A stretch of DNA of 64,000 nt from a virus. The stretch is taken from the IMG/VR virus record IMGVR_UViG_3300042691_032331, positions 31,133-95,132 of that record, one strand, 5' to 3'. The notes beneath the pieces are model-generated. The model made no database searches, had not been told where the DNA came from, and was given only the letters and a program-made list of their open reading frames with translations. Positions 1 to 9,358 of the stretch are shown in pieces. Position 1 is the stretch's first letter. The number at the start of each line of letters is the position of its first letter. Position numbers and translations under genes: made by a program.

Positions 1-1203
1 ACCGGTAGTGGTGCAAGTGTGTTTGGTAGTAATATCACAACACCCGGAGCTCCAACAATCGGTACAGCAACCCGTTATGGTTCTTTAGGCACTCAAGTGT
101 CTGTCAGCTTCACTGGAACTTCAGATGCAGGTGGCGCAACTATTTTATACTATGAAGTAACTTCGAATCCTGGTAATATTACAGCAACAGGCACAGGATC
201 TCCTATCATTGTGTCTGGATTAACACAAGGAACATCATATACTTTTACAGTTCGTGCAGTAAATGTTTTAGGTGCAGGAACACCAAGTGCAGCAAGCAAC
301 AGCGTCACACCTGATATAAATGCAGGATCAGCAGCATTTACTTCTACTGGTAGCACAACATGGGTAGTTCCAGTTGGTGTTAGTTCTATATCTGTGGTTT
401 GTATAGGTGGTGGAGGCGGTGGAGCAGCATTAAGAGTACCAGCTACAGGCGGTTACAGATCAGGCGGCGGCGGTGGAGGCGGCGCACTTGTTTACCTTAA
501 TAATATTAGTGTTACAGCAGGAGAAACATATACAGTCGTAGTAGGTAGCGGTGGTAATGGAGGTGCTGCAGGATCAAGTTTTGGAACAGGTAATACAGGT
601 GGGAATTCGTATATATCGACATTTGTTGGTAATAGTTTAGTAACAGGCGCTAAAGGTGGCGAAGGTGGTACTTGGATAGGACAGACAGGTTATGCTGGCG
701 CTATGTCAGGTGCAAGCTTTGATGGTTTAGGAGGAGGTGGCGCCGGCGGAAATGGACAAGCTAATACTTCTAATCTTATGTCAGGTGCAGCAGGTGGCGG
801 CGGTGCTGGTGGATATGGTGGCTACGGGGGCGATGGAGCTACGTTCACATCAGCATGGGTAGTTGGCACTGCCGGAGCAAACGGCGGTGGTGGAGGTGGT
901 GGTTATACTCATACTGGTACAGTCACCGGTGGTGGTGGTGGCGGTGGTACTGGTATAAACGGAGAGGGAAGTAATGGTAGTGCTGGAAATTCAGGCACAA
1001 GTGATAGTGGTGGTAAAGGCGGCTCTGGTGGAAGTGATGGACAAGGAAATGATGGTTCAATAGCCGGCGGCGCATATGGTGGTGGAGGCGCAGGTGCTCG
1101 TTCTGCAAGTATACGAGGTGGTGACGGTGCAGGTGGAGCAGTTAGAATTGTATGGGGCAATTCAACGGTAACAAAATCATTCCCCTCAACTAATGTTGGT
1201 TAA
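1..1203 (+). CDS. Glycine-rich protein with fibronectin type III domain (tail fibre/adhesin-like), 5'-truncated by the window edge
   Basis: Frame is open from position 1. FN3 signature (VSGLTQGTSYTFTVRAVN) is followed by a GGGGG-rich domain ending GAGGAVRIVW. Confidence 0.7.
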   Translation, partial: TGSGASVFGSNITTPGAPTIGTATRYGSLGTQVSVSFTGTSDAGGATILYYEVTSNPGNITATGTGSPIIVSGLTQGTSYTFTVRAVNVLGAGTPSAASNSVTPDINAGSAAFTSTGSTTWVVPVGVSSISVVCIGGGGGGAALRVPATGGYRSGGGGGGGALVYLNNISVTAGETYTVVVGSGGNGGAAGSSFGTGNTGGNSYISTFVGNSLVTGAKGGEGGTWIGQTGYAGAMSGASFDGLGGGGAGGNGQANTSNLMSGAAGGGGAGGYGGYGGDGATFTSAWVVGTAGANGGGGGGGYTHTGTVTGGGGGGGTGINGEGSNGSAGNSGTSDSGGKGGSGGSDGQGNDGSIAGGAYGGGGAGARSASIRGGDGAGGAVRIVWGNSTVTKSFPSTNVG

Positions 1204-1497
1204 ATGAAAAAAATATTATATACTTTATTATTGGTACCTTCACTAGGCTTTAGTGAAGAAATTGTTTCATTCAGTGGTATATGTGATGATACAAAAATTC
1301 TTTTTGATAAAATAAAAGAATATAAAGAAAGCCCAATAGCTTTGGGAGAGATGACAGGGCTAGAGAAAGCTAAATTTAGTTTATGGATGAATCCTAAAAC
1401 TAAAACTTGGACAATTGTTTATACTAAAGATAAACAAAGTTGTGTGGTTGGAGTTGGTGAAAAACTTAAAGTAATCTCACCTAATCCTAACATGTGA
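1204..1497 (+). CDS. Small secreted hypothetical protein
   Basis: N-terminal signal peptide (MKKILYTLLLVPSLGFS) and two Cys; starts immediately after the upstream stop. Confidence 0.6.
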   Translation: MKKILYTLLLVPSLGFSEEIVSFSGICDDTKILFDKIKEYKESPIALGEMTGLEKAKFSLWMNPKTKTWTIVYTKDKQSCVVGVGEKLKVISPNPNM

Positions 1498-1771
1498 TTT
1501 TTTTTCGACCTGTTGAGAAACTCTTTTTGACAACATAGTCACGATTTGGTATTGGAGTAAAATCTTTTGTAAGATTTTTATATATAAGATCATCTCCGTA
1601 TTTTAGTATTATATAACTATAAACAGAATCACTATTTGAAACAGAGATCCTTAGATGATTGGACCATTTTGTTTTACTATTAATTAACTTTTTAATATTT
1701 TTATCATTTAATATATCATCAAAGTTATTTGATTCTCTATAAAAGTTAAAGTATTGATCTATTTTTTCCAT
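1487..1771 (-). CDS. Hypothetical protein
   Basis: ORF within the coupled minus-strand gene run. Confidence 0.5.
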   Translation of the reverse strand: MEKIDQYFNFYRESNNFDDILNDKNIKKLINSKTKWSNHLRISVSNSDSVYSYIILKYGDDLIYKNLTKDFTPIPNRDYVVKKSFSTGRKKITC

Positions 1772-1968
1772 AATATAAAATTTACATAATCTTTTTCAGA
1801 TAAAAAAAAGAATTTATAATTACCATCTAATGCTTCAGCAAAATCAGTAGACTCTGTTACAAACCATTCTTCACTGCAATTTCTTTCACACCAATCCATA
1901 TATGGACCTAACTGTCCATATGGCAGTTTTACTTGAGTATTGTAATAATTAAATGCTGTGCTTTGCAA
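1759..1968 (-). CDS. Small protein of the 'W..YxFxFxxExD..F.LxW' family
   Basis: MDWCERNC...YKFFFLSEKDYVNFILWK; same pattern as the ORFs at 6389-7687. Confidence 0.55.
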   Translation of the reverse strand: MQSTAFNYYNTQVKLPYGQLGPYMDWCERNCSEEWFVTESTDFAEALDGNYKFFFLSEKDYVNFILWKK

Positions 1969-2449
1969 CCTCTACTCCGGAACGTTTAAGGAATTCAATA
2001 CCGGCATTACTTCTATATTCTTCATTGTAATAGACTTTACTTATACCTGATTGATAAATTAGTTTTGCACATTCAAGACAAGGACTATGGGTAACAAATA
2101 ATTCTGCCCCTAATCCGCTGTTATGACTTTTAGCTAACTTTGCCAATGCATTTGATTCAGCGTGTAAAACTTCTGGTTTTGTTTTTAGTCTAGTCCAACC
2201 ATTATCTGTTTCTGTAAATTGATTCTCTATCATCCATTCTTTAGTAGAATAACATTCAGATTTTGATACATATTCTGTTTCTTCGCAATTATTATTCCAA
2301 CCAGCTGGCATACCATTGTATCCATAGCTTATTACGCAATCGTCTTTAACAATCACTGCACCAACTTTTAATCTTTGAGCATAACTTAACTCACTTGTTC
2401 TTTTTGCCCAATCCATGTATAGTTTTATAAACTTATCTTTCACGAACAT
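1949..2449 (-). CDS. dCMP deaminase
   Basis: KVGAVIV, GYNG, HAE and PCxxC zinc-deaminase motifs. Confidence 0.92.
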   Translation of the reverse strand: MFVKDKFIKLYMDWAKRTSELSYAQRLKVGAVIVKDDCVISYGYNGMPAGWNNNCEETEYVSKSECYSTKEWMIENQFTETDNGWTRLKTKPEVLHAESNALAKLAKSHNSGLGAELFVTHSPCLECAKLIYQSGISKVYYNEEYRSNAGIEFLKRSGVEVAKHSI

Positions 2450-2702
2450 AACCCATACGACTAATATGATCTATTGCGTAACATTCGTCTACTAATATAT
2501 CTAATAGATAATCTTCAATACCAAAACGCTTACTAAATGCTTTACCGAATGTGACCCCTTTTAATTTTTCAAATATATATTCTTTACGAAATAAATCGTA
2601 ATCTTTTTTACTGATGGTAATTTTAGTATGGCATCTTTCTTTTGTCCAATCACTTAGTGCAGATACTACAGAATCCATAATAGCATCCATAATTAATCCC
2701 AC
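2433..2702 (-). CDS. Hypothetical protein
   Basis: Coupled ORF; the true start is probably a few codons downstream. Confidence 0.5.
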   Translation of the reverse strand: MGLIMDAIMDSVVSALSDWTKERCHTKITISKKDYDLFRKEYIFEKLKGVTFGKAFSKRFGIEDYLLDILVDECYAIDHISRMGYVRER

Positions 2703-3229
2703 AAACTAAAGTAATATTTTGCAAATAAATCAATACCTTCTTGTATTCTTTTGCGATGTTCTTCCATTCCCTCAAAATCTATCCAGTGTTCTTCTGGGTT
2801 TTTATCTACCATTTCATATAATTTTTCTACTTTGCCTGTAATTGGATTTAATTTAGTTTCATCAATTTCTTTCCACTCATAATCTCCTTCACCATGATAG
2901 TATTTTGATTCCCAATTATCCTCTACAATTTGTTGAAAGCTCCAAATCATTTTTTCAAGGATTTCTTCGTATCTCTCTACAGATTTGTTAAACATTTCAT
3001 GATGATCTTCTTTGTAAAAATCAAAACTTTCCTGTTTTTCATAGTCGGCACCTCCTATGGCAGCAAACTCAGCAGGTACTCCCTGCTTTGTTTGTTTTAA
3101 TTGAAGTAGCATTGGAAGTATAATCATAGCTAATGTATGATCCATACTATATGTGTCGTAGCGGTCTATTTGTATATCAATTTTTCTTTTGCCGCTACCT
3201 AATGGGTATTTACCGATGTTTATTTTCAT
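2693..3229 (-). CDS. Conserved phage hypothetical protein
   Basis: DTYSMDHTLA...GIDLFAKYYFSLWD pattern typical of T4-like phage hypotheticals. Confidence 0.65.
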   Translation of the reverse strand: MKINIGKYPLGSGKRKIDIQIDRYDTYSMDHTLAMIILPMLLQLKQTKQGVPAEFAAIGGADYEKQESFDFYKEDHHEMFNKSVERYEEILEKMIWSFQQIVEDNWESKYYHGEGDYEWKEIDETKLNPITGKVEKLYEMVDKNPEEHWIDFEGMEEHRKRIQEGIDLFAKYYFSLWD

Positions 3230-3605
3230 CTTTGAACTTTTCTACTTTACCATCCATAAACATATAAACTTCTTTATCGTGAACTACAGTAGCCCACTCA
3301 ATATTTTTATATTTCTTTGCTAGTTCTGCTAATTCATCTAATGATGATCCTTGACAAACAAATTCGTCGTTTTGATAATATAAGTATAAAGTATTTTGTA
3401 TCGCTTCAACCTTTAAATCTTCAACGTCAGCCTTATCTTCTGACTCAGGATCTAACAGTGCTTTTTCCATTTCTTTTTCTAAGTCTATACCTTGTGTTTG
3501 TGCAATTTTGATAAGCAACTTGCGAAACCTTATTAAGGCAATAGTTTCGCCAATAGTATATCCTAAAAATACAAGAACTATAACTGAAAACAGATCCATA
3601 AACAT
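3210..3605 (-). CDS. Membrane-anchored hypothetical protein
   Basis: N-terminal hydrophobic helix. Confidence 0.55.
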   Translation of the reverse strand: MFMDLFSVIVLVFLGYTIGETIALIRFRKLLIKIAQTQGIDLEKEMEKALLDPESEDKADVEDLKVEAIQNTLYLYYQNDEFVCQGSSLDELAELAKKYKNIEWATVVHDKEVYMFMDGKVEKFKDENKHR

Positions 3606-3607
3606 AT

Positions 3608-4138
3608 TTATTGTTTTTTCCTATTCATTGATTTGATTTTAGGTTCAATGTAACGTTGATGGTATTCTTTATAATTTTCCAGATAATTTTCCCATTGTAT
3701 CCATTGATGCTTCTTTTTTGTTTTGTTGATTAAGAATCCCCAGTCACGTTGCTGAGGTCCCATCAAAAACAATGTAGTAGCAGGTCCAATTGTTTCATCA
3801 ATCTCTAACCAATGAAATTCTTTAGCACTACGCTTGAGTATGCTACCAGGACCACGCCATGTAGTAAATTCAGCGAATATCTCCCCTTTGTTATTATACA
3901 CAGGAGTATGTTCCCAATAACCACCACTTAAGATAATAGTAATAAAGGGCCAAGGATGATCGTGAAAAATAGGGTCATCACTTTTTACAATCTTATGTAA
4001 AGTGATATTAAACGGAAAAAACTTACGATCTTTAAGAAACAAATAGTAACGGTGCATATAATCTTCGCCCGTTCTACGGTCAGGTATTAGACGATACCTG
4101 CCTAACTTATCCATTATTTTGTGAAGTATCTTTTTCAT
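3608..4138 (-). CDS. Cupin-fold protein
   Basis: FHDHPW...GGYWE...FHWLE metal-binding cupin pattern. Confidence 0.65.
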   Translation of the reverse strand: MKKILHKIMDKLGRYRLIPDRRTGEDYMHRYYLFLKDRKFFPFNITLHKIVKSDDPIFHDHPWPFITIILSGGYWEHTPVYNNKGEIFAEFTTWRGPGSILKRSAKEFHWLEIDETIGPATTLFLMGPQQRDWGFLINKTKKKHQWIQWENYLENYKEYHQRYIEPKIKSMNRKKQ

Positions 4139-4162
4139 ATTCAGGTATCTAAAAAACTAAAA

Positions 4163-4197
4163 GACAGCTTTTTTACAGAAAGCTGTCCAAAAACTGC
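4163..4197 (-). other. Stem-loop / H-type pseudoknot motif, possibly also a terminator
   Basis: GACAGCTTT/AAAGCTGTC stem, GCAG/CTGT second pairing, followed by U-rich sequence on the minus strand. Confidence 0.45.
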
Positions 4198-4214
4198 TCT
4201 TTTAGGAGTGAGCC

Positions 4215-4469
4215 TTATACGCCCATTGCTAGAGCACGATAGCCTGCTGCAATAAGTTCGCGGGTAGGTGTTCCCAAACGATACTTGGTGCTTGTGCGAC
4301 CTTTAGTATCAGTATGCTGATTAGCATAGATTGAGAAACCACTATAGCGAAGGTCGCTAACAGTAGCAGTAGGATTGGCAATGCCAAAACGTGCTTTGAT
4401 TTGTGCTGCTGTTAGTTCTTCACCCTTACGAAATGCCTCTAGAAGGCGTTCTTGCTTAGTATTAGTCAT
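4215..4469 (-). CDS. Winged-helix/HTH DNA-binding protein
   Basis: LTAAQIKARFGIANPTATVSDLR HTH-like segment; GAGG SD. Confidence 0.6.
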   Translation of the reverse strand: MTNTKQERLLEAFRKGEELTAAQIKARFGIANPTATVSDLRYSGFSIYANQHTDTKGRTSTKYRLGTPTRELIAAGYRALAMGV

Positions 4470-4513
4470 TTATATCCTCATTAATAAAAATCGTTGATCA
4501 ACAACGTATTATG

Positions 4514-4542
4514 ATTATAGTACAAGATTGTTAGATATGCAA
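4514..4542 (-). promoter_or_regulatory. sigma70-like promoter TTGCAT-N17-TATAAT
   Basis: Hexamers and 17-bp spacer read directly in the intergenic gap. Confidence 0.5.
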
Positions 4543-4555
4543 ACAAATCGGTGAA

Positions 4556-5275
4556 TTAATTTTCAACTTTTCTACCGTTTTGTCCCAATTTGCCACTTAC
4601 ACCAATAATGGGCACTTCACGAACATGCTCATTTGGCAAGAGTAAAAATAAAAGGTGCTCAATATCAACCCTAGACTTATCTTTAAGTCTTTGCATAAAT
4701 GTATCAACTGCCTCTTTATAAAAATCTTTTACAACAGGATGAAGTGATTTGGGCCAGCTCCAAAGTCTACTCATATATTGAAATGGTATATTTGTATTAT
4801 CTAATTCAGTAGTGAATTGACTCTTATATCGCATTGGCAATATTATTTTATCTGTAAACCTCTCATACAATCTAGGATTGAAGTTTTCATTTAGTGTATA
4901 TCTTCCAGATAGTTTATGTATTCTATCCACATTGTCAAATATAGTAGTTTCTTCTTCAAGCATTTTAAGTGCCGAATTAAAAGCTAATAGTTCACTCATG
5001 TTTTTGGCAATGTCCCAATTGTCAGTGTTTTCACGTATATGTGTAAGTGTCTTATCACCACTCATATTAACAATGAAACTAACTACCTCACGAAATTCGT
5101 CCAGTATTTCTTTTTCAACAGGTAATGCTGAACTTTCTATGAGGACGATTTGTGCATCTGGTACACGCTTTCGTATACTTTTAAATGTGTCCCAAGTCTG
5201 AGAAACACGTTCTTCCTGATCGTATTTCCCAAACTTGGTTTTTACTGCGCTTGTGATTAAAAATAAATGGTTCAT
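4556..5275 (-). CDS. Hypothetical protein, possibly a degenerate GT-A-like fold
   Basis: 239 aa with LFLITSAV and IHKLSGRY motifs; function uncertain. Confidence 0.5.
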   Translation of the reverse strand: MNHLFLITSAVKTKFGKYDQEERVSQTWDTFKSIRKRVPDAQIVLIESSALPVEKEILDEFREVVSFIVNMSGDKTLTHIRENTDNWDIAKNMSELLAFNSALKMLEEETTIFDNVDRIHKLSGRYTLNENFNPRLYERFTDKIILPMRYKSQFTTELDNTNIPFQYMSRLWSWPKSLHPVVKDFYKEAVDTFMQRLKDKSRVDIEHLLFLLLPNEHVREVPIIGVSGKLGQNGRKVEN

Positions 5276-6180
5276 GTAATGTCAACGTATTTTAGTGTAA
5301 AACTATCGGCACGATCTTCGTACCCATCGTAGCCTCGAGGGTTACAAACAATACGTGTTGTACCAAGCATATAATCAAACTCCTCATGAGTATGTCCATG
5401 AGTCCAAAGTTTAATTTGCCTACGATCTAAGATGTAGTTATTTAGATCAGAACTGTATGCCCCATTCATTATTTTTTCATTTTGATAACGAGGATGGGTA
5501 CTTAGTTTACTAGGTGCATGATGACCTACTACCACTGTTGGTAGATTAGGATGTAGTTCCAATACCTCATCTAAACCACGGCGAAACTTATAATGTTCTT
5601 CTACTGCATCATCAGGCATAAAAGTTGCAGGTCTTTCATTAAACTTTACAACATGTTGACCTGCATTATCAGGATCGGGCAAAGTATAACGATAGCTAGA
5701 CATTTTATTTGAATTTTTCACACAATTAAAATCATTCATCATTGTGCGAATCATAGCCATAGTAGCACGATCTTCATTATTCATGTCAGTCCATAATGTA
5801 CCGCCATAAAATAATACGCCATTAATAATTTTCCATTCATTATCTAGGAAATGAAAATTACTTTTATGTTCAAACGAACCACGAATAATATTAGCCGTGT
5901 CAGCAAAATCACCATGATAATGTTCGTGATTACCCATGATGAATACTACGTGCGGGAATCTTTCAGTGCAACGCATTATAAAATTATAGTAGCGATCACT
6001 ACGTGCCTTTTGGCTACTAGTAGCGGCGATTAGTTGTGAGCTTTCATCATATAGAAAAGACTTAAGATCATTTGCCACAAAAATATCGCCACCGAGTATT
6101 AATACATCAGCGTTTTCTGTGTTTTGTAAATCTAAATCTCCAAACTCTAAGTGTAGGTCACTACAAACTGCTACTTTCAT
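5272..6180 (-). CDS. Calcineurin-like metallophosphoesterase
   Basis: SDLHLE, GGD, GNHE, HHAP and HGHTH motifs. Confidence 0.9.
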   Translation of the reverse strand: MKVAVCSDLHLEFGDLDLQNTENADVLILGGDIFVANDLKSFLYDESSQLIAATSSQKARSDRYYNFIMRCTERFPHVVFIMGNHEHYHGDFADTANIIRGSFEHKSNFHFLDNEWKIINGVLFYGGTLWTDMNNEDRATMAMIRTMMNDFNCVKNSNKMSSYRYTLPDPDNAGQHVVKFNERPATFMPDDAVEEHYKFRRGLDEVLELHPNLPTVVVGHHAPSKLSTHPRYQNEKIMNGAYSSDLNNYILDRRQIKLWTHGHTHEEFDYMLGTTRIVCNPRGYDGYEDRADSFTLKYVDIT

Positions 6181-6191
6181 TTTTATTCCTT

Positions 6192-6398
6192 TTAGTGACG
6201 ATATGCTATTGATCTAATTTCTACTTTATTGCAATTACAACATGTTCTAGACTGCGACCATTCTGAATATACTAATTCTTTAGTAGGAGTAGACCATACT
6301 GTGTAGTTATGTAAACCTAAATAACAAAGGATACTTTTAACTAACAATTTTTCTTCCTTTAATTTTCTTACAATATTAGTATGTTCATTCATAGCCAA
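6192..6398 (-). CDS. Small Cys/His-containing hypothetical protein
   Basis: CxLGLH...CCNC; coupled ORF. Confidence 0.45.
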   Translation of the reverse strand: MAMNEHTNIVRKLKEEKLLVKSILCYLGLHNYTVWSTPTKELVYSEWSQSRTCCNCNKVEIRSIAYRH

Positions 6399-6628
6399 CG
6401 TAGTGCAAATTCAATAGAATCACGCTCTCTCACAAACTCCCAAATAACAACATGATAATCAATTGTACCTTCAGGATGGTTTCTACGCCACCCACACTTT
6501 GAAATTATTTTACCATGTTTACGTGCAAGCCAATCAAACATAAGACAATATTGTTCGTAAGTTCTAATATGTGTACGAACGGTGTATTTGTATTTTCTTC
6601 GAGTTAGCCGTCTTTGTTTACTATTCAT
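6389..6628 (-). CDS. Small 'FALRW' family protein
   Basis: C-terminus WEFVRERDSIEFALRWL. Confidence 0.6.
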   Translation of the reverse strand: MNSKQRRLTRRKYKYTVRTHIRTYEQYCLMFDWLARKHGKIISKCGWRRNHPEGTIDYHVVIWEFVRERDSIEFALRWL

Positions 6629-6662
6629 AGTATAGCAAAAATTATATTATTTGTCAAATAGG

Positions 6663-7043
6663 TTATGCCCATTTTAATGCTAAAAGTGAAGCATAATAGG
6701 CTTTAGATTTTATAATTTTTATACTGAGCCGATTTTCAGCAACATCATTATTGATGAAGCCCCAATTCCAATGCCATCCTTGTTTACCAACGTACTGTTC
6801 TAGAAAAGGTCTATAAAAATCATTAGGATCTGCACTTTCAACTTCTACCCAAGTTGCGCCACAGTCGTACCATCTAGTATCACCGTAACCCACCACAATT
6901 TTTCCTACAGGCCACCTAACGTTAATTATTACACCTGGCATAAATCTCCACCAAATTCCAGATAGTATATCTACGTGAGCAGGCCAAAAGTGCGAAAATT
7001 TTTGACCTTTGAATATAAATAAATTTTTAATATCAAGTTGCAT
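6663..7043 (-). CDS. 'FALRW'-related protein
   Basis: VGKQGWHWNW...ASLLALKWA. Confidence 0.55.
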   Translation of the reverse strand: MQLDIKNLFIFKGQKFSHFWPAHVDILSGIWWRFMPGVIINVRWPVGKIVVGYGDTRWYDCGATWVEVESADPNDFYRPFLEQYVGKQGWHWNWGFINNDVAENRLSIKIIKSKAYYASLLALKWA

Positions 7044-7253
7044 TTATGACCACCTCAAAGCAAACCACACAGCATCTTCATTACACTCAAACTCAATAAA
7101 CTTTTCTGTTAGGTAACCCGGACTATGATGGTAAGGTTTCTTACAGTTAGCCTTGAGCCATTCATCGACTAAGTAGTCTTTGTAACTTCTTTGATATTTT
7201 GCCTGCACACTACTATCTGTAGTTTCGGCGTACTTTACTTTATGTAAAGTCAT
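7044..7253 (-). CDS. Small 'FALRW' family protein
   Basis: WLKANC...IEFECNEDAVWFALRWS; start reassigned to the ATG overlapping the upstream stop. Confidence 0.6.
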   Translation of the reverse strand: MTLHKVKYAETTDSSVQAKYQRSYKDYLVDEWLKANCKKPYHHSPGYLTEKFIEFECNEDAVWFALRWS

Positions 7254-7284
7254 GACCACTTCAAAGCAAACCACACAGCATCTT
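7046..7284. repeat. 33-bp direct repeat (1 mismatch) at 7046-7078 and 7252-7284
   Basis: atgaccac(c/t)tcaaagcaaaccacacagcatctt, encoding DAVWFAL(R/K)WS in two adjacent genes. Confidence 0.85.
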
Positions 7285-7453
7285 TTTTGTGTGCGAAATA
7301 ATATACTCTATGCATTATACCTTTATCATAAGGCACATCCCAATCCCAATCTCTCTCATCTATATTATCTTTAAGCCATGTTAAAAGTTTAGTAAAATGA
7401 TCAGAACCTTTCCAAGGCATACTAACAGGAATATTACACCAATCTTGTTTCAT
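7250..7453 (-). CDS. Small 'FALRW' family protein
   Basis: WLKDNI...YYFAHKKDAVWFALKWS. Confidence 0.6.
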   Translation of the reverse strand: MKQDWCNIPVSMPWKGSDHFTKLLTWLKDNIDERDWDWDVPYDKGIMHRVYYFAHKKDAVWFALKWS

Positions 7454-7456
7454 TTG

Positions 7457-7687
7457 TTATTTCCAACGTAACATAAACCAAATATAATCTTCTTCGTATC
7501 TAAAAAATAAACTTCTAGCAATTAAAAACCAACGTGGATGCTCGCAATGCTCTAAACCAAAATTATCCTGTAACCAAGCATATGCTTCTCGACTGATACC
7601 GGTTGTCCTTACAATGATAAATTCTGTATCAGGGTTATTTTTTGGACGAGTTTTTTCAACTTCGTATATCACAACTTCCTGCATCAT
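7457..7687 (-). CDS. Small 'FALRW' family protein
   Basis: WLQDNFG...FFRYEEDYIWFMLRWK. Confidence 0.6.
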   Translation of the reverse strand: MMQEVVIYEVEKTRPKNNPDTEFIIVRTTGISREAYAWLQDNFGLEHCEHPRWFLIARSLFFRYEEDYIWFMLRWK

Positions 7688-8079
7688 AAATGTTTTTCTA
7701 ATACAGCCCAACCTAACATAGTCTCCGGCGTACTGTCATTATACCTAATTAGAAAATATCCATCTTCGTTATATCTAGCTTTCCATTTTATATATTCTTG
7801 ATCATATAAGTTTTTCTTCATATGACGTAAAAAACTTATCGGATATTCAGATGGTTTATAAAGTTCATCTGGATACACATTTGGATATTTTGTAGTTTCT
7901 TTTTTAGTAAGCAGATATATTATGTAATCTTTTTCCAAACTATCTTTTGTAATGGGAATAAAGGTTACACTATCATATAGTGTATCCTTATTCTTTTTGT
8001 TATAACTTTGAACCTGTTTTTTTATTTTTTGATAATCGTATTCACGTATTATAACTTTTCGTTTTAATATTTTATTCAT
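7684..8079 (-). CDS. Hypothetical protein
   Basis: Coupled ORF. Confidence 0.45.
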   Translation of the reverse strand: MNKILKRKVIIREYDYQKIKKQVQSYNKKNKDTLYDSVTFIPITKDSLEKDYIIYLLTKKETTKYPNVYPDELYKPSEYPISFLRHMKKNLYDQEYIKWKARYNEDGYFLIRYNDSTPETMLGWAVLEKHL

Positions 8080-8462
8080 GCTTTACTAAGGTCTACAACA
8101 TGCTTACAAGTCTTTCTAAAAGTAAAACCTGGACAAGTACAATCCCAACCTTTACTGTTTTTGGTCACAATGTACTTGTTACCTTTACTACCAGATACTT
8201 CAAATACTTTTACATCTGTGTTAACATTAATCATTGACCCACTTAGTAGTTCAATGTCTTTTACAAACTCCATATCGATAACACGAATTTTCATCGTATC
8301 ATCACCTGTCATACAGAATTGCCTATCAGTTAACCATTTGTAACTAGGAACAACTGTGCCCTCAAACACATTTACTTCTGGTTGAGGGGGAATCATACGA
8401 GGTCCCTGCACATAACGTACAGCGACCCTTACTTTGCTATCTTTAACTGGAACTTGTATCAT
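8076..8462 (-). CDS. SWIM zinc-finger protein
   Basis: GSKGNKYIV...CTCPGFTFRKTCKH; start reassigned to MIQVP. Confidence 0.8.
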   Translation of the reverse strand: MIQVPVKDSKVRVAVRYVQGPRMIPPQPEVNVFEGTVVPSYKWLTDRQFCMTGDDTMKIRVIDMEFVKDIELLSGSMINVNTDVKVFEVSGSKGNKYIVTKNSKGWDCTCPGFTFRKTCKHVVDLSKA

Positions 8463-8698
8463 TACATTACATCCAATTGAATTTGTAGACCTTCCCAAGT
8501 ACCAGCATGACCTGTGCAAGTACTTTCAATACCGTCGCCTGAACGATAGAATTCAAGTGCATCAAGTGCCTTTTGAGTAGCAGCATTGAATTGCGTAAAT
8601 TGACCTACGCCCTCACGAATTTGTTTAGCAGTAGCATAGAAACATGCCTGACCATTGATGATGCGAAATTTTTGGGATTGTTTGAAACGTTTAATCAT
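8462..8698 (-). CDS. Small early hypothetical protein
   Basis: AAGGAG SD before MIKRF; start reassigned. Confidence 0.55.
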   Translation of the reverse strand: MIKRFKQSQKFRIINGQACFYATAKQIREGVGQFTQFNAATQKALDALEFYRSGDGIESTCTGHAGTWEGLQIQLDVM

Positions 8699-8708
8699 TA
8701 TTATCTCC

Positions 8709-8924
8709 TTAGTAACCAATTGCTTCATAAACATATTCACGAACCGCAGTATCGGTAGCTTCTTCAAAACCTTCTATAGTAGAAATCTTAGTTAACATAT
8801 CATTTACTAGACTCCAAGATAAATTCATTTTCTTTGCACAAAACACAATACCGTCGATTACTGTATTACCGTTGTCAGTAAACATACCGTAGTAGGGTTT
8901 TTCGTTGATAAGTAGTTCGTTCAT
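8709..8924 (-). CDS. Small early hypothetical protein
   Basis: AAGGAG SD before MNELL, just downstream of a consensus promoter; start reassigned. Confidence 0.6.
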   Translation of the reverse strand: MNELLINEKPYYGMFTDNGNTVIDGIVFCAKKMNLSWSLVNDMLTKISTIEGFEEATDTAVREYVYEAIGY

Positions 8925-8954
8925 TTCTTGCTCCTTGTTATTGACTATACCGTT

Positions 8955-8983
8955 ATTATATGCCCAAACGGATTTATTGTCAA
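8955..8983 (-). promoter_or_regulatory. Early sigma70 promoter TTGACA-N17-TATAAT
   Basis: Perfect consensus; spacer nearly identical to that at 29494-29522. Confidence 0.85.
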
Positions 8984-9095
8984 CCAAAAAGTAGATCAGC
9001 CGCAACAAAGCCTAAATAAATAAAAGACAACGAGGTTATCAAAAGTATAACAGCAATAGTTGCTAAACATGCAATTTCTTCGGAAGTCAGTGTTT

Positions 9096-9323
9096 TCATA
9101 TCAATTTGATAATAAGTCCAACAGTATAAATTACAAGAAGTGTTGCATTAATAACAATTAATGACCACTCACGCCACATAATTGCTACAATAAGCCAGAT
9201 GAATGCACCCAAATTAAGTAGTGCAGGTCCAGCTGGATAAATGTTAATACTTGTGCAAACAGCTCCAACAATAGTTACAAAAGTTGCAAGCCATTTTAGA
9301 TAGAATACTAGGTCTTTTTTCAT
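9096..9323 (-). CDS. Small three-helix membrane protein
   Basis: Three hydrophobic segments. Confidence 0.6.
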   Translation of the reverse strand: MKKDLVFYLKWLATFVTIVGAVCTSINIYPAGPALLNLGAFIWLIVAIMWREWSLIVINATLLVIYTVGLIIKLI

Positions 9324-9329
9324 ACCCGT

Positions 9330-9358
9330 ATTCTATCAAAATAACCATTTATTGTCAA
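9330..9358 (-). promoter_or_regulatory. sigma70 promoter TTGACA-N17-TAGAAT (predicts a leaderless mRNA)
   Basis: The -10 box ends 6 nt before the ATG at 9323. Confidence 0.6.

Noticed and set aside
150-1160. Minus-strand Pro/His-rich ORFs (150-356, 909-1160, 923-1108)
   Set aside because: Antisense shadows of the GGN-rich glycine codons in the plus-strand gene.
6629-6657. TTGACA-N17-TATACT promoter-like site
   Set aside because: The -10 box abuts the ATG at 6628, so +1 would fall inside that ORF. Plausible but ambiguous, so not listed as a feature.
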